From contig JBAXOB010000002.1 in NCBI GenBank assembly GCA_037133475.1, forward strand, positions 132,121 to 196,120: 64,000 nucleotides of DNA. The letters run 5' to 3'. Below, piece by piece: positions 27,998-36,705 of this stretch. The notes under the pieces were generated by a model. The model worked only from the letters and a program-made list of their open reading frames with translations, was not told the origin of the DNA and made no database searches. Numbering within the stretch: position 1 is the first letter of the stretch; every line of letters starts with the position of its first letter. This DNA is from Bacteroidota bacterium. Lineage in GTDB: Bacteria; Bacteroidota; Bacteroidia; Bacteroidales; FEN-979. A program made the translations under genes and the position numbers.

Positions 27998-28387
27998 ATG
28001 AATATTGAAGAACTCAGGGAATTCTGCCTCAGCCTGCCAGCAGTAACCGAAGATATTAAATGGGAAGAGCACCTGGCATTTTCAGTAGGCGGTAAAATTT
28101 TTTGCCTGACAAACCTTGACCCCCCGTTGAAGGTTGTCATGAAGGTGCCAGAAGATCAGTTTGATGAACTGACGGAGTCGGGGGAGATTATCCAGGCATC
28201 CCATTTTGCCCGAAGGCAATGGATGGCTGTCAACGATGAAAGCCGGTTCAGCCGAACGGAGTGGGAACATTACGTCGCCCAATCCTACAACCTGGTGAAA
28301 TCAAAACTCACCAGGACCGTCAGGAACGGTATTGAAAACCTGCCGGACGGGACAGTCAGGGTAAACAAGCATGATGAAGCAAAATAA
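27998..28387 (+). CDS. MmcQ/YjbR family DNA-binding protein
   Basis: 'MNIEELREFCLSLPAVTEDIKWEEHLAFSVGGKIFC' is the typical YjbR-family N-terminus. The internal ATG of track ORF 27971 was used. Confidence 0.75.
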   Translation: MNIEELREFCLSLPAVTEDIKWEEHLAFSVGGKIFCLTNLDPPLKVVMKVPEDQFDELTESGEIIQASHFARRQWMAVNDESRFSRTEWEHYVAQSYNLVKSKLTRTVRNGIENLPDGTVRVNKHDEAK

Positions 28388-28991
28388 CGTTCACGCGAAC
28401 CAGCCGGTTTCAGCGATCATCCTGGCAGCAGGCAATTCGGTACGCATGGGCAGCCCCAAGGCGCAGCTTCCCTATGGCAACGGGAAAACCTTCGCACAGC
28501 AGGTTACCGGGAATTTCCTTGCCTATGGCTGTAAGCCTGTTATCCTGGTGGTGCAGGAGGGTGTTGATTTCTCCGGACTTCAAACTGAAAATCTTGTCGC
28601 CGTCATTAACCGGGCGGTGGAACGGGGCAGGTCATATTCCATCCATCTCGGTATGCAAGCCCTTCCCGCCGGCGTTAATTGCTTTATCCACAACATTGAT
28701 AATCCCTTCCCCTCAACCGGTTTACTTGACAGGATGTTTGACGCTCTTCCTCCGGATGGTTATACGGTTCCCGTTTACCAGGGCAGGGGCGGGCATCCGA
28801 TCCTGTTGGGAAGTAAAATGATACGAACGTTGCAGGGTCAATCCGAACCAGGGGATTTCCGGCAGGCAATCTCCGGTTTTGCAAGAATTGAGGTTCCCTG
28901 GCTTGATGGGCGCATCCTGTGGAATATCAATACCCCTGAGGAATATCAACGGTTTCTTCTTTCCTCAGGGAATCAGGATAAGCTGGTTTGA
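28371..28991 (+). CDS. mocA: molybdenum cofactor cytidylyltransferase (MocA/YgfJ-type NTP transferase)
   Basis: 206 aa. 'AIILAAGNSVRMGSPKAQLP' MobA-like nucleotidyltransferase N-terminus. Sits next to xdhC and xdh. Confidence 0.78.
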   Translation: MMKQNNVHANQPVSAIILAAGNSVRMGSPKAQLPYGNGKTFAQQVTGNFLAYGCKPVILVVQEGVDFSGLQTENLVAVINRAVERGRSYSIHLGMQALPAGVNCFIHNIDNPFPSTGLLDRMFDALPPDGYTVPVYQGRGGHPILLGSKMIRTLQGQSEPGDFRQAISGFARIEVPWLDGRILWNINTPEEYQRFLLSSGNQDKLV

Positions 28992-29155
28992 GGCACAAAG
29001 ATGCCAGGGTCTTCTCGGGGAATACATTTCATAAATCCATTACAGCAGGGTTTGTTTCAATAAAAATCAACACACACCCTGTTAATACCGGGACTCTGTA
29101 TAAATATTGTAATTTTACATCAGGTTTAACACCGGTATTTCCCAATATTGTCGCT

Positions 29156-29923
29156 ATGGACCATTTTTTTCAAAAAGTCGAAGAGGTTATTTCAGGATCA
29201 ATTCCTGCCGCGCTGTGTATCGTAGTGGAAACCCGTGGTTCCACCCCGCGCAAACAGGGAGCCAGGATGATCGTTTATCCCGACGGGTCGGTTTACGGCA
29301 CGATCGGGGGCGGAAGCGTTGAAAAAGAGGTAACAGACATGGCCCTGAAAATGATCCCTGCCGGACAGCCGGCAAAAGTTTCCTTCAACCTCGAGCAGGA
29401 CCTGGGGATGCATTGCGGGGGAATGATGGAAGTTTACATTGAACCGCTGATCCCCTTGAAAAAGCTGTTCATCTTCGGTGCGGGACATATCGGGAAGTCG
29501 CTGGCCGGGTTTGCCAGGGAGCTGAATTTTTCCGTCACCCTTTTTGACCCGAGGGACGAGATCTTCAGGGATGAAGCTTTCACGGGTTTCACCTGCGTCT
29601 GCGAAGATTTTATAAAGGCTGCCGGGGAGGCGGCTTTCGACGAAAACACCTTTATCGTCATTGTCACGCCAAAACATGTATCCGACGAAGACATCCTTGC
29701 CATTGCGGCCCGCCAACCCCACGCCTACCTGGGGATGATCGGCAGCACCCGGAAGGTGGAGATGCTGAAAAAAAGATTTGTGGCGGAACATATTCTCACG
29801 GAGGAGGAACTTTCGGGTATCGACATGCCGATCGGGATAAAGTTCAACGCTGAGACCCCGGCGGAAATCGCCATCAGCATCCTGGCTAAACTTATCGATG
29901 TGAGAAATACGGTAAAAAAGTGA
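29156..29923 (+). CDS. xdhC: XdhC family molybdenum-hydroxylase maturation factor
   Basis: 255 aa from the internal ATG. 'ALCIVVETRGSTPRKQGARMIV..DGSVYGTIGGGSVE' (XdhC_CoxI) plus a Rossmann-like 'LFIFGAGHIGKSLA' C-domain. The first 56 codons of the track ORF cross an AT-rich intergenic stretch. Confidence 0.85.
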   Translation: MDHFFQKVEEVISGSIPAALCIVVETRGSTPRKQGARMIVYPDGSVYGTIGGGSVEKEVTDMALKMIPAGQPAKVSFNLEQDLGMHCGGMMEVYIEPLIPLKKLFIFGAGHIGKSLAGFARELNFSVTLFDPRDEIFRDEAFTGFTCVCEDFIKAAGEAAFDENTFIVIVTPKHVSDEDILAIAARQPHAYLGMIGSTRKVEMLKKRFVAEHILTEEELSGIDMPIGIKFNAETPAEIAISILAKLIDVRNTVKK

Positions 29924-32900
29924 GCGGAATCCCTCATACCATCCGGTTCGTCCTCGATGATCGCATCATCGAACTTGATTTCCTGGGATCAAACGGGCTG
30001 AAACCAACTACAACGGTTTTGAATTACCTGCGCTCGTTACCCGGCCATAAAGGGACCAAGGAGGGGTGTGCGGAGGGTGACTGCGGCGCCTGCACCGTGG
30101 TGCTGGCCGAGCCGTCGACGGATGGCCGGCTGGATTACCACACGGTCGACAGTTGCCTCGTTTTTCTTCCCATGATCCATGGGAAACAGCTGATCACCGT
30201 TGAGAACCTTGCCCTTCGACGTCAAAACCGGGTTGTGCTGCATCCTGTTCAGCGGCTTATGGTCGAATCAAACGGCAGTCAATGCGGCTTTTGCACACCC
30301 GGGATGGTGATGTCACTTTTCGGCCTGTTTAAAAACCATGACAACCCAAGCCGGGAGATCATCGAAGATGCACTTACAGGCAACCTCTGCCGTTGTACCG
30401 GGTACCAGTCCATTTTAGATGCTGCCGAGCAAACGGCTACCGAAACCCGTTCCGACCAATTCTCGGCCAATGAAGCCCTGATTGCAGGGATGCTTGAATC
30501 GATCAGGGAAAGTCAGCATACGATTGAATTGCGGACGCCGCACCAGACCTGGCTTAAACCTTTTACCCTTGACGAAGCCCTGCGCCTTCGAAGCGAACAT
30601 CCGCTTGCGACCGTGATCAACGGCTCGACCGATGTTGCCCTGCGGCAAACGAAACACCATGAGCTCCTGTCGCTGGTGATAGACCTTTCGGGCGTTGATG
30701 AGCTAAAATACTGCAGGGAGAAGGGTACCCATTTCGTGATCGGCGCCGGCCAGACCATGGAGCAGATTAAATCCTTCGCATCAGAAAAATTACCGGCCCT
30801 TCATAAGATCCTCAGCGTGTTCGGCTCCCTGCAGATCAGGCATGTTGCCACCCTTGGCGGAAACATAGGCTCGGCCTCTCCTATCGGCGATACCCTGCCT
30901 CTACTGATCGCCTTCAGGGCTGAAATCGTACTGCAATCAATGCATTCGGAAAGAGTTATCGGCATCAGCGATTTTATTACAGGCTATCGCAAAACAAGAC
31001 TTGAACCCGGTGAACTGATCACCGCTGTCCGCATTCCAAAACCGGGAGATGACACGCGCATCGAATCCTACAAGATCTCCAAACGCACCGGGCTGGATAT
31101 TTCAACCGTGAGCGCCGCCTTCAGCCTGACTCTCCGCGACGGCATGGTCGCTGAATCCGTACTGGTTTACGGGGGCATGGCGGAAATGCCGAAAAGGGCA
31201 CTGCATACCGAAGCCTTCCTGGCAGGGCGGGAGTGGAATTTCCAGGTCGTCAACCAGGCGATGGCCATCCTGGAAGATGAGTTTACCCCTATTTCCGACG
31301 CCCGGGCGGGAGCCACTTACCGGAAGATTGCCGGGAGCCGCCTGCTGCTCAAATTTTTCACGAACACTTCACCGCTTCACGACCGGGTGACCCGTAGGGC
31401 GGGGAAGACCGGATCCTTATCTGCGGTTGATGATACCTGCGCGAAACATGTCACCGGCGAATCGGTTTTCATCGGCGATATCGAGGGAAACGGGCAACTG
31501 CTCACGGGGAGGGTGGTTTACAGCAAACAGGCCCATGCCGTGCTGAAAAACATCGATATTTCAAAGGCATTGCAGGTTAAAGGGGTTAAAACCATCCTGA
31601 CGGCCAGGGATATTCCCGGTGAAAACCAGATGGGAGCCGTGGTCAGCGACGAACCCTGCCTGGCCGAAAAGGAGGTTTTCTTTATCGGGCAGGCCATCGC
31701 GCTCATTGCAGCGGAGAATGAAGAGGCCGCTGTCGAGGCGGAAAGGCTGATCACCATTGATTACGAACCCCTGCCGGCCATCCTCGATATTGAATCGGCC
31801 ATGGCCGCCAGCAACAGCCTTGCCCCCCAACGGAAAATAGTTCGCGGCAACCCTGATGAAGTCCTGGCCATGGCGCCGCATCTCTTCACCGGCGAATTGA
31901 AAACAGGCGCCCAGGAACACTGGTATCTCGAAACGCAGTCGGCCATGGCAGTACCTGGCGAAGGAAAAGAGATGATGATGCACTCCTCCACCCAGAACCC
32001 GGCTGAAACCCAGGCCATCGTGGCTGAAGTACTCGGCATCTCGAAAAACGAGGTTGAAGTAGAGGTAAAACGCATCGGAGGCGCATTCGGAGGCAAAGAG
32101 ACCCAGGGAAACCATGTGGCTGCCTGGTCGGCACTGCTGGCCAATGCAACACGCCAGCCAGTCAGGATCCAGCTGTGCCGCGATGATGACCAGATCATGA
32201 CCGGCAAACGGCACCGGTTCCTTTCGCGCTACAGCGTGGGGTTTGACGACGAAGGCAGGATCCTCGCTTACAAGGTTGAGCTGAATTCTGATGCGGGCTC
32301 ATCCACCGATTTGTCGAAGGCCATCCTCGAAAGGGCCATGCTGCATGCCGATAATGCCTACTTCCTGCCGCACGTGCAGATAACCGGCCGGGCATGGAAG
32401 ACCAACCTCCCGTCAAATACGGCTTTCCGTGGTTTCGGTGGCCCGCAGGGAATGGCCGTTATTGAAAACGCCATCGACAGGATTGCCCGGTACCTTAAAA
32501 AAGATACCGCCGCCATCCGGCGCCTGAACTTTTACAGGCTTGATGTGTACAATCCGACACCCTACGGCCAGGAGGTGGAAAACAACCATCTCGAACGGAT
32601 GTTTAATGACCTGATGACCTCCTCCGGTTACGAACAGAGAAGAAAAGCCATAGACAAGTTCAATGCTGAAAATCATCTCTATAAAAAGGGGATGGCCCTT
32701 ACCCCGGTTAAATTCGGAATCTCCTTCACCACATCGTTCCTCAACCAGGCCGGGGCCCTGGTCAACATTTATACCGACGGCACGGTGCTGGTTAACCATG
32801 GCGGCACGGAGATGGGACAGGGGCTGCACACCAAAATCGTACAGATCGCCTCCTCGGAACTGGGCATCTCTCCCGGAACTGTAAAAGTGAACGCCACCAA

Positions 32901-33711
32901 CACCTCGAAAGTTCCAAACACATCGCCCACCGCGGCCTCCACAGGCAGTGACCTGAATGGCATGGCGGTGAAAAATGCCATCGATATCCTGAAGGCCAGA
33001 CTTAGCAGGGTGGCGGCAGGTGAATTAACGGATCAATGCCCGGGAAAAATTTTCCTGCCCGAAAACATGGCGTTTGATAATAACCAGGTCTTTGACCGGC
33101 ATGAACCCAACGAAAAAATCGCATTCAGCCGCCTGTGCGACCTTGCCCGCATGCGCCAGGTGAGCCTGAGCAGCACCGGTTATTATAAGACCCCGGGGAT
33201 CTTTTTTGACAGGGAGGCCGGGCAGGGAAACCCTTTCCACTATTTTGCCTTTGGAATGGCGGTATCGGAGGTCATCACCGATACCCTCACAGGGGCCCAT
33301 ACCCTTCTGAGAACCGATATCCTGCATGATGTGGGCGATTCGATCCATGAAGCCATCGACCGTGGCCAGATCGAAGGAGGCTTTATCCAGGGCATGGGCT
33401 GGTGCACAACCGAAGAGATCAAATGGGACCGCAACGGCAACCTGCTGACCCATTCACCCGACACTTACAAAATCCCTGCCATTCTGGATATTCCCCTGGA
33501 TTTCAGGGTTGATCTCCTCAAAGATGCACCCAACCCTGGAACCATCCGCAGGAGCAAAGCCGTTGGAGAACCGCCCTTTATGCTGGGATTGTCGGTATGG
33601 CTTGCTATCAAGGATTCCATTTCAGCCATCGCGAATCATGAGAGGGAACCTGAGTTTTCGCTGCCCGCCACCGGGGAGGTGATCCTGCTTTCAGCAGAAA
33701 AAATAAAATAA
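29920..33711 (+). CDS. xanthine dehydrogenase, single polypeptide ([2Fe-2S] + FAD + molybdopterin domains fused)
   Basis: 1263 aa. 'GCAEGDCGACTV', 'CGFCTPGMVMS', 'NLCRCTGYQSI' (two 2Fe-2S sites). FAD domain 'ATVINGSTDVAL...ATLGGNIGSASPIGD'. Moco domain 'GGAFGGKET', 'FRGFGGPQGM', 'GGTEMGQGLHTK', 'AVGEPPF'. GTG start overlaps the xdhC stop. Confidence 0.9.
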   Translation: MSGIPHTIRFVLDDRIIELDFLGSNGLKPTTTVLNYLRSLPGHKGTKEGCAEGDCGACTVVLAEPSTDGRLDYHTVDSCLVFLPMIHGKQLITVENLALRRQNRVVLHPVQRLMVESNGSQCGFCTPGMVMSLFGLFKNHDNPSREIIEDALTGNLCRCTGYQSILDAAEQTATETRSDQFSANEALIAGMLESIRESQHTIELRTPHQTWLKPFTLDEALRLRSEHPLATVINGSTDVALRQTKHHELLSLVIDLSGVDELKYCREKGTHFVIGAGQTMEQIKSFASEKLPALHKILSVFGSLQIRHVATLGGNIGSASPIGDTLPLLIAFRAEIVLQSMHSERVIGISDFITGYRKTRLEPGELITAVRIPKPGDDTRIESYKISKRTGLDISTVSAAFSLTLRDGMVAESVLVYGGMAEMPKRALHTEAFLAGREWNFQVVNQAMAILEDEFTPISDARAGATYRKIAGSRLLLKFFTNTSPLHDRVTRRAGKTGSLSAVDDTCAKHVTGESVFIGDIEGNGQLLTGRVVYSKQAHAVLKNIDISKALQVKGVKTILTARDIPGENQMGAVVSDEPCLAEKEVFFIGQAIALIAAENEEAAVEAERLITIDYEPLPAILDIESAMAASNSLAPQRKIVRGNPDEVLAMAPHLFTGELKTGAQEHWYLETQSAMAVPGEGKEMMMHSSTQNPAETQAIVAEVLGISKNEVEVEVKRIGGAFGGKETQGNHVAAWSALLANATRQPVRIQLCRDDDQIMTGKRHRFLSRYSVGFDDEGRILAYKVELNSDAGSSTDLSKAILERAMLHADNAYFLPHVQITGRAWKTNLPSNTAFRGFGGPQGMAVIENAIDRIARYLKKDTAAIRRLNFYRLDVYNPTPYGQEVENNHLERMFNDLMTSSGYEQRRKAIDKFNAENHLYKKGMALTPVKFGISFTTSFLNQAGALVNIYTDGTVLVNHGGTEMGQGLHTKIVQIASSELGISPGTVKVNATNTSKVPNTSPTAASTGSDLNGMAVKNAIDILKARLSRVAAGELTDQCPGKIFLPENMAFDNNQVFDRHEPNEKIAFSRLCDLARMRQVSLSSTGYYKTPGIFFDREAGQGNPFHYFAFGMAVSEVITDTLTGAHTLLRTDILHDVGDSIHEAIDRGQIEGGFIQGMGWCTTEEIKWDRNGNLLTHSPDTYKIPAILDIPLDFRVDLLKDAPNPGTIRRSKAVGEPPFMLGLSVWLAIKDSISAIANHEREPEFSLPATGEVILLSAEKIK

Positions 33712-33795
33712 AAGTGAAATACTTCCGGTAATCAGGAGCTGCTTTTTACGTTAAGAAGTCACACCCTGAACCAAAAACCAATACTTGTCCAAACT

Positions 33796-34989
33796 ATGAA
33801 AGATATCTTACTAAAGATCAACGAACTTGCAACGAGATACGAAGAAAGCACCGCCAATAACCTCTCCAGGCTGGTGAAGATCAAATCGCTCAGCACTGCC
33901 GAAAAAGCCGTGGCACTGGAGCTGAAGCGCCAGATGGAGGAAGCCGGCTTTGATGAAGTCAGGATTGACGGGTTGGGAAATGTAATCGGCAGGATCGGGA
34001 ACGGGAAGAAGATCCTGGCCTTTGATGGCCATATCGACACCGTTGACACCGGCAACCTGGCCAACTGGAGCAGCGATCCCTTTTCGGGTGAGATCAAGGA
34101 GGGCTTTGTTCATGGCCGGGGAACCGTTGACCAGAAAGGCGGCCCGGCGGCATTTGTCACCGCAGGGCGCATCCTTAAGGAACTTGCCTTCGACCGCGAC
34201 CTGACGATATACTTCACCGGGACCGTCATCGAAGAGGATTGCGACGGGTTATGCTGGAAATACCTGGTGGAGGTAGAGAAGATCATCCCCGATTTCGTGG
34301 TGATCACCGAACCCACGAACCTCAACATTTACCGCGGCCACCGTGGCAGGATGGAGATCTCCGTGACCTTTACGGGCATCTCCTCGCACGGCTCCGCGCC
34401 CGAACGTGGCAAAAACGCGATCTACATGGCCTCGCGGGCATGCCTTGAGGTGGAAAAGCTGAATGAACGCCTCAAATCCGACGATTTCCTCGGCAAGGGC
34501 AGCGTGACCATCTCGGAATTCGTTTCGGGAAGTCCCTCCCTGTGCGCCGTAGCCGATTATGCCCGGATTCATCTCGACAGGCGGCTTACCTGGGGCGAAA
34601 CCAAAGAATCGGCGGTGGCCGAGATCATGGAGATCGTAAAGGATACGGATGCCAGGGTCGAAGTGCTGCAATATGAAGAAACGACTTACACAGGCCTGCG
34701 TTACGGCATGGAGAAATACTATCCCACCTGGAAAATCGAGGAGGATCATCACCTGGTGGTGCGCGCACAGGAGGCCTTTGCCGGGCTCTTCGACAGGGAA
34801 CCTCTTACCGATAAATGGACCTTCTCGACCAACGGTGTCACCATCAATGGCTATTATAAGATCCCGTGCATCGGGTTCGGCCCCGGCGACGAGGTGCTGG
34901 CCCATGCCCCCAACGAAAAGGTGCCGGTGGGCGACCTGGTCACCGCCTCGGCCTTTTACGCCGCACTGGCCTTTTACCTGTCGGAATAA
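33796..34989 (+). CDS. ygeY: YgeY family selenium-metabolism-linked M20 hydrolase
   Basis: 397 aa, near-collinear with my recollection of E. coli YgeY ('GTVIEEDCDGLCWKY', 'YRGHRGRMEI', 'SSHGSAPERGKNAI', 'RRLTWGET', 'KWTFSTNGV', 'GFGPGDEVLAHAPNEK'). Confidence 0.9.
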   Translation: MKDILLKINELATRYEESTANNLSRLVKIKSLSTAEKAVALELKRQMEEAGFDEVRIDGLGNVIGRIGNGKKILAFDGHIDTVDTGNLANWSSDPFSGEIKEGFVHGRGTVDQKGGPAAFVTAGRILKELAFDRDLTIYFTGTVIEEDCDGLCWKYLVEVEKIIPDFVVITEPTNLNIYRGHRGRMEISVTFTGISSHGSAPERGKNAIYMASRACLEVEKLNERLKSDDFLGKGSVTISEFVSGSPSLCAVADYARIHLDRRLTWGETKESAVAEIMEIVKDTDARVEVLQYEETTYTGLRYGMEKYYPTWKIEEDHHLVVRAQEAFAGLFDREPLTDKWTFSTNGVTINGYYKIPCIGFGPGDEVLAHAPNEKVPVGDLVTASAFYAALAFYLSE

Positions 34990-34994
34990 TCAAC

Positions 34995-35495
34995 TTGAAA
35001 ACAGTACTTTTTATACTCACCCAGGTTTTCTGGTTATCTGGTTTCTGCCAGACAGGCACGATCACGGGTGAGGTAACATCCAGGATACATGGCCGGTACG
35101 AAGTGCTGCAATTTGCCCTGGTCCGTCTGGAAAATACGAATTTCCACGCCAATTCCGCCTACGGGGGACGGTACGTGCTTGACAGCATTCCGGCCGGCGA
35201 TTATGAAATAAGCGCCAGCTATGTGCAGCGTGAAACCATCTATAAACGGGTTAAAGTTGTCAGTGATTCTGTTATTGATATGAATTTTGAATTTACCTGT
35301 CAGTACGACCGTCACGAAAAAGACAGCATCTTCCCGGTATGCTTCAGATCAGACAGGGTGGTGCGTGTAAAATACGGGATGATGATCGTCCCGTACGGGA
35401 ATAAGGCGGATACTACCTGTTTTTGGGGAGGCACCGACCAGATTCCTTTATGTCATCCCTACTGGTATTGTAAACGGGATAAACTTGAATTTTAA
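34995..35495 (+). CDS. small secreted carboxypeptidase-regulatory-like domain protein with Cys-rich tail (TTG start)
   Basis: 166 aa if it starts at TTG 34995, giving 'MKTVLFILTQVFWLSGFC' (signal peptide). 'GTITGEV...NSAYGGRYVLDSIPAGDYEISASY' is a CarboxypepD_reg-like fold. The track ORF start 34866 would overlap ygeY by 124 nt. Confidence 0.5.
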   Translation: MKTVLFILTQVFWLSGFCQTGTITGEVTSRIHGRYEVLQFALVRLENTNFHANSAYGGRYVLDSIPAGDYEISASYVQRETIYKRVKVVSDSVIDMNFEFTCQYDRHEKDSIFPVCFRSDRVVRVKYGMMIVPYGNKADTTCFWGGTDQIPLCHPYWYCKRDKLEF

Positions 35496-35522
35496 AACAA
35501 ATCAACTCTATAATTAAACACG

Positions 35523-36704
35523 ATGATGAATGAATTAATGACTAAACCCGGCAAATCCTCCGCCGGCCTCTTTGGCACCGATTTCCTGTTGACCTGGGAA
35601 AAAAGCCTTGAAGAGCTTGGTACAGTTTTGACCGTAGCGGAAGACCTCAAGATGCTCCGTGACACGAATATCTCACCGCGCTGTTTCGATTCGGGGCTGG
35701 CTATTTCGCAGTTCCGCGACAATTCGACCCGCACGCGTTTTTCCTTCGCCTCTGCCGCCAACCTGCTGGGGCTGGCTGTTCAGGATCTCGATGAAGGAAA
35801 ATCGCAGATTGCCCATGGCGAAACCGTGCGTGAAACCTCGGCCATGATCTCCTTTCTCAGCGACATCATCGGCATCCGCGACGACATGTTCCTGGGAGCC
35901 GGCAATACCTACATGCGCGAAGTCGGCGCCGCCCTCGACGAGGCTTTCGCCGATGGCGTACTCCCCCGGCGGCCCGGCATCATCAACCTGCAGTGTGATA
36001 TTGATCACCCGACCCAATCGATGGCTGATTTGTTGCACCTGAAAACCGTTTTTGGCTCGCTGGAGGCCTTAAAAGGCAAAAAGATCGCCATGTCCTGGGC
36101 CTACTCACCCAGTTATGGCAAACCGCTCTCGGTTCCACAGGGGATCATCGGGCTTCTGACCCGTTTGGGCATGCAGGTCGACCTCGCCTACCCAGAAGGC
36201 TACGGGCTCATTCCCGACGTCGTTGAACTCGCCGGCAACCAGGCAGTCGCCAGTGGCGGACAGTTCCGTGTGGTCAACACAATGGAGGAGGCATTTTCGG
36301 GGGCCGATATCGTCTACCCGAAAAGCTGGGCGCCATTCCATGTCATGCAGCATCGTACAGTATTGCTGCGGAACAACGATCATGACGGGCTGAAAGGGCT
36401 GGAAAAGGAGTGCCTTGCCAACAATGCGAAGTATAAAAACTGGGAATGTACGGAAGAAAAAATGGGTCTGACCAAGGAAGGCAAGGCGCTCTATATGCAT
36501 TGCCTGCCGGCCGATATTTCGGGTGTATCCTGCCGTGAGGGTGAAGTGGCGGCCACCGTATTTGAACGCTACCGGGTTCCGTTGTATAAACAGGCAGGGT
36601 TCAAACCCTACATCATTGCGGCAATGATGCTCACAAACCGGTTTGAGGATCCTGCCGGGCTCCTGGGCGCGATGTTATCCGGCGAGAAAAAAAGGGTGCA
36701 GTAA
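35523..36704 (+). CDS. ygeW: knotted carbamoyltransferase YgeW
   Basis: 393 aa, very close to remembered E. coli YgeW ('DFLLTWE', 'FRDNSTRTRFS', 'DLDEGKSQIAHGETVRET', 'NLQCDIDHPTQSMADL', 'WAYSPSYGKPLSVPQGIIGL', 'ALYMHCLPADISGVSC'). Confidence 0.93.
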   Translation: MMNELMTKPGKSSAGLFGTDFLLTWEKSLEELGTVLTVAEDLKMLRDTNISPRCFDSGLAISQFRDNSTRTRFSFASAANLLGLAVQDLDEGKSQIAHGETVRETSAMISFLSDIIGIRDDMFLGAGNTYMREVGAALDEAFADGVLPRRPGIINLQCDIDHPTQSMADLLHLKTVFGSLEALKGKKIAMSWAYSPSYGKPLSVPQGIIGLLTRLGMQVDLAYPEGYGLIPDVVELAGNQAVASGGQFRVVNTMEEAFSGADIVYPKSWAPFHVMQHRTVLLRNNDHDGLKGLEKECLANNAKYKNWECTEEKMGLTKEGKALYMHCLPADISGVSCREGEVAATVFERYRVPLYKQAGFKPYIIAAMMLTNRFEDPAGLLGAMLSGEKKRVQ

Positions 36705-36705
36705 T

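Noticed and set aside
34866-35495. Full-length 209-aa version of the ORF after ygeY.
   Set aside because: Its first 43 codons overlap the ygeY 3' end in another frame with Arg/Gly/Pro shadow composition. The signal peptide begins exactly at TTG 34995.
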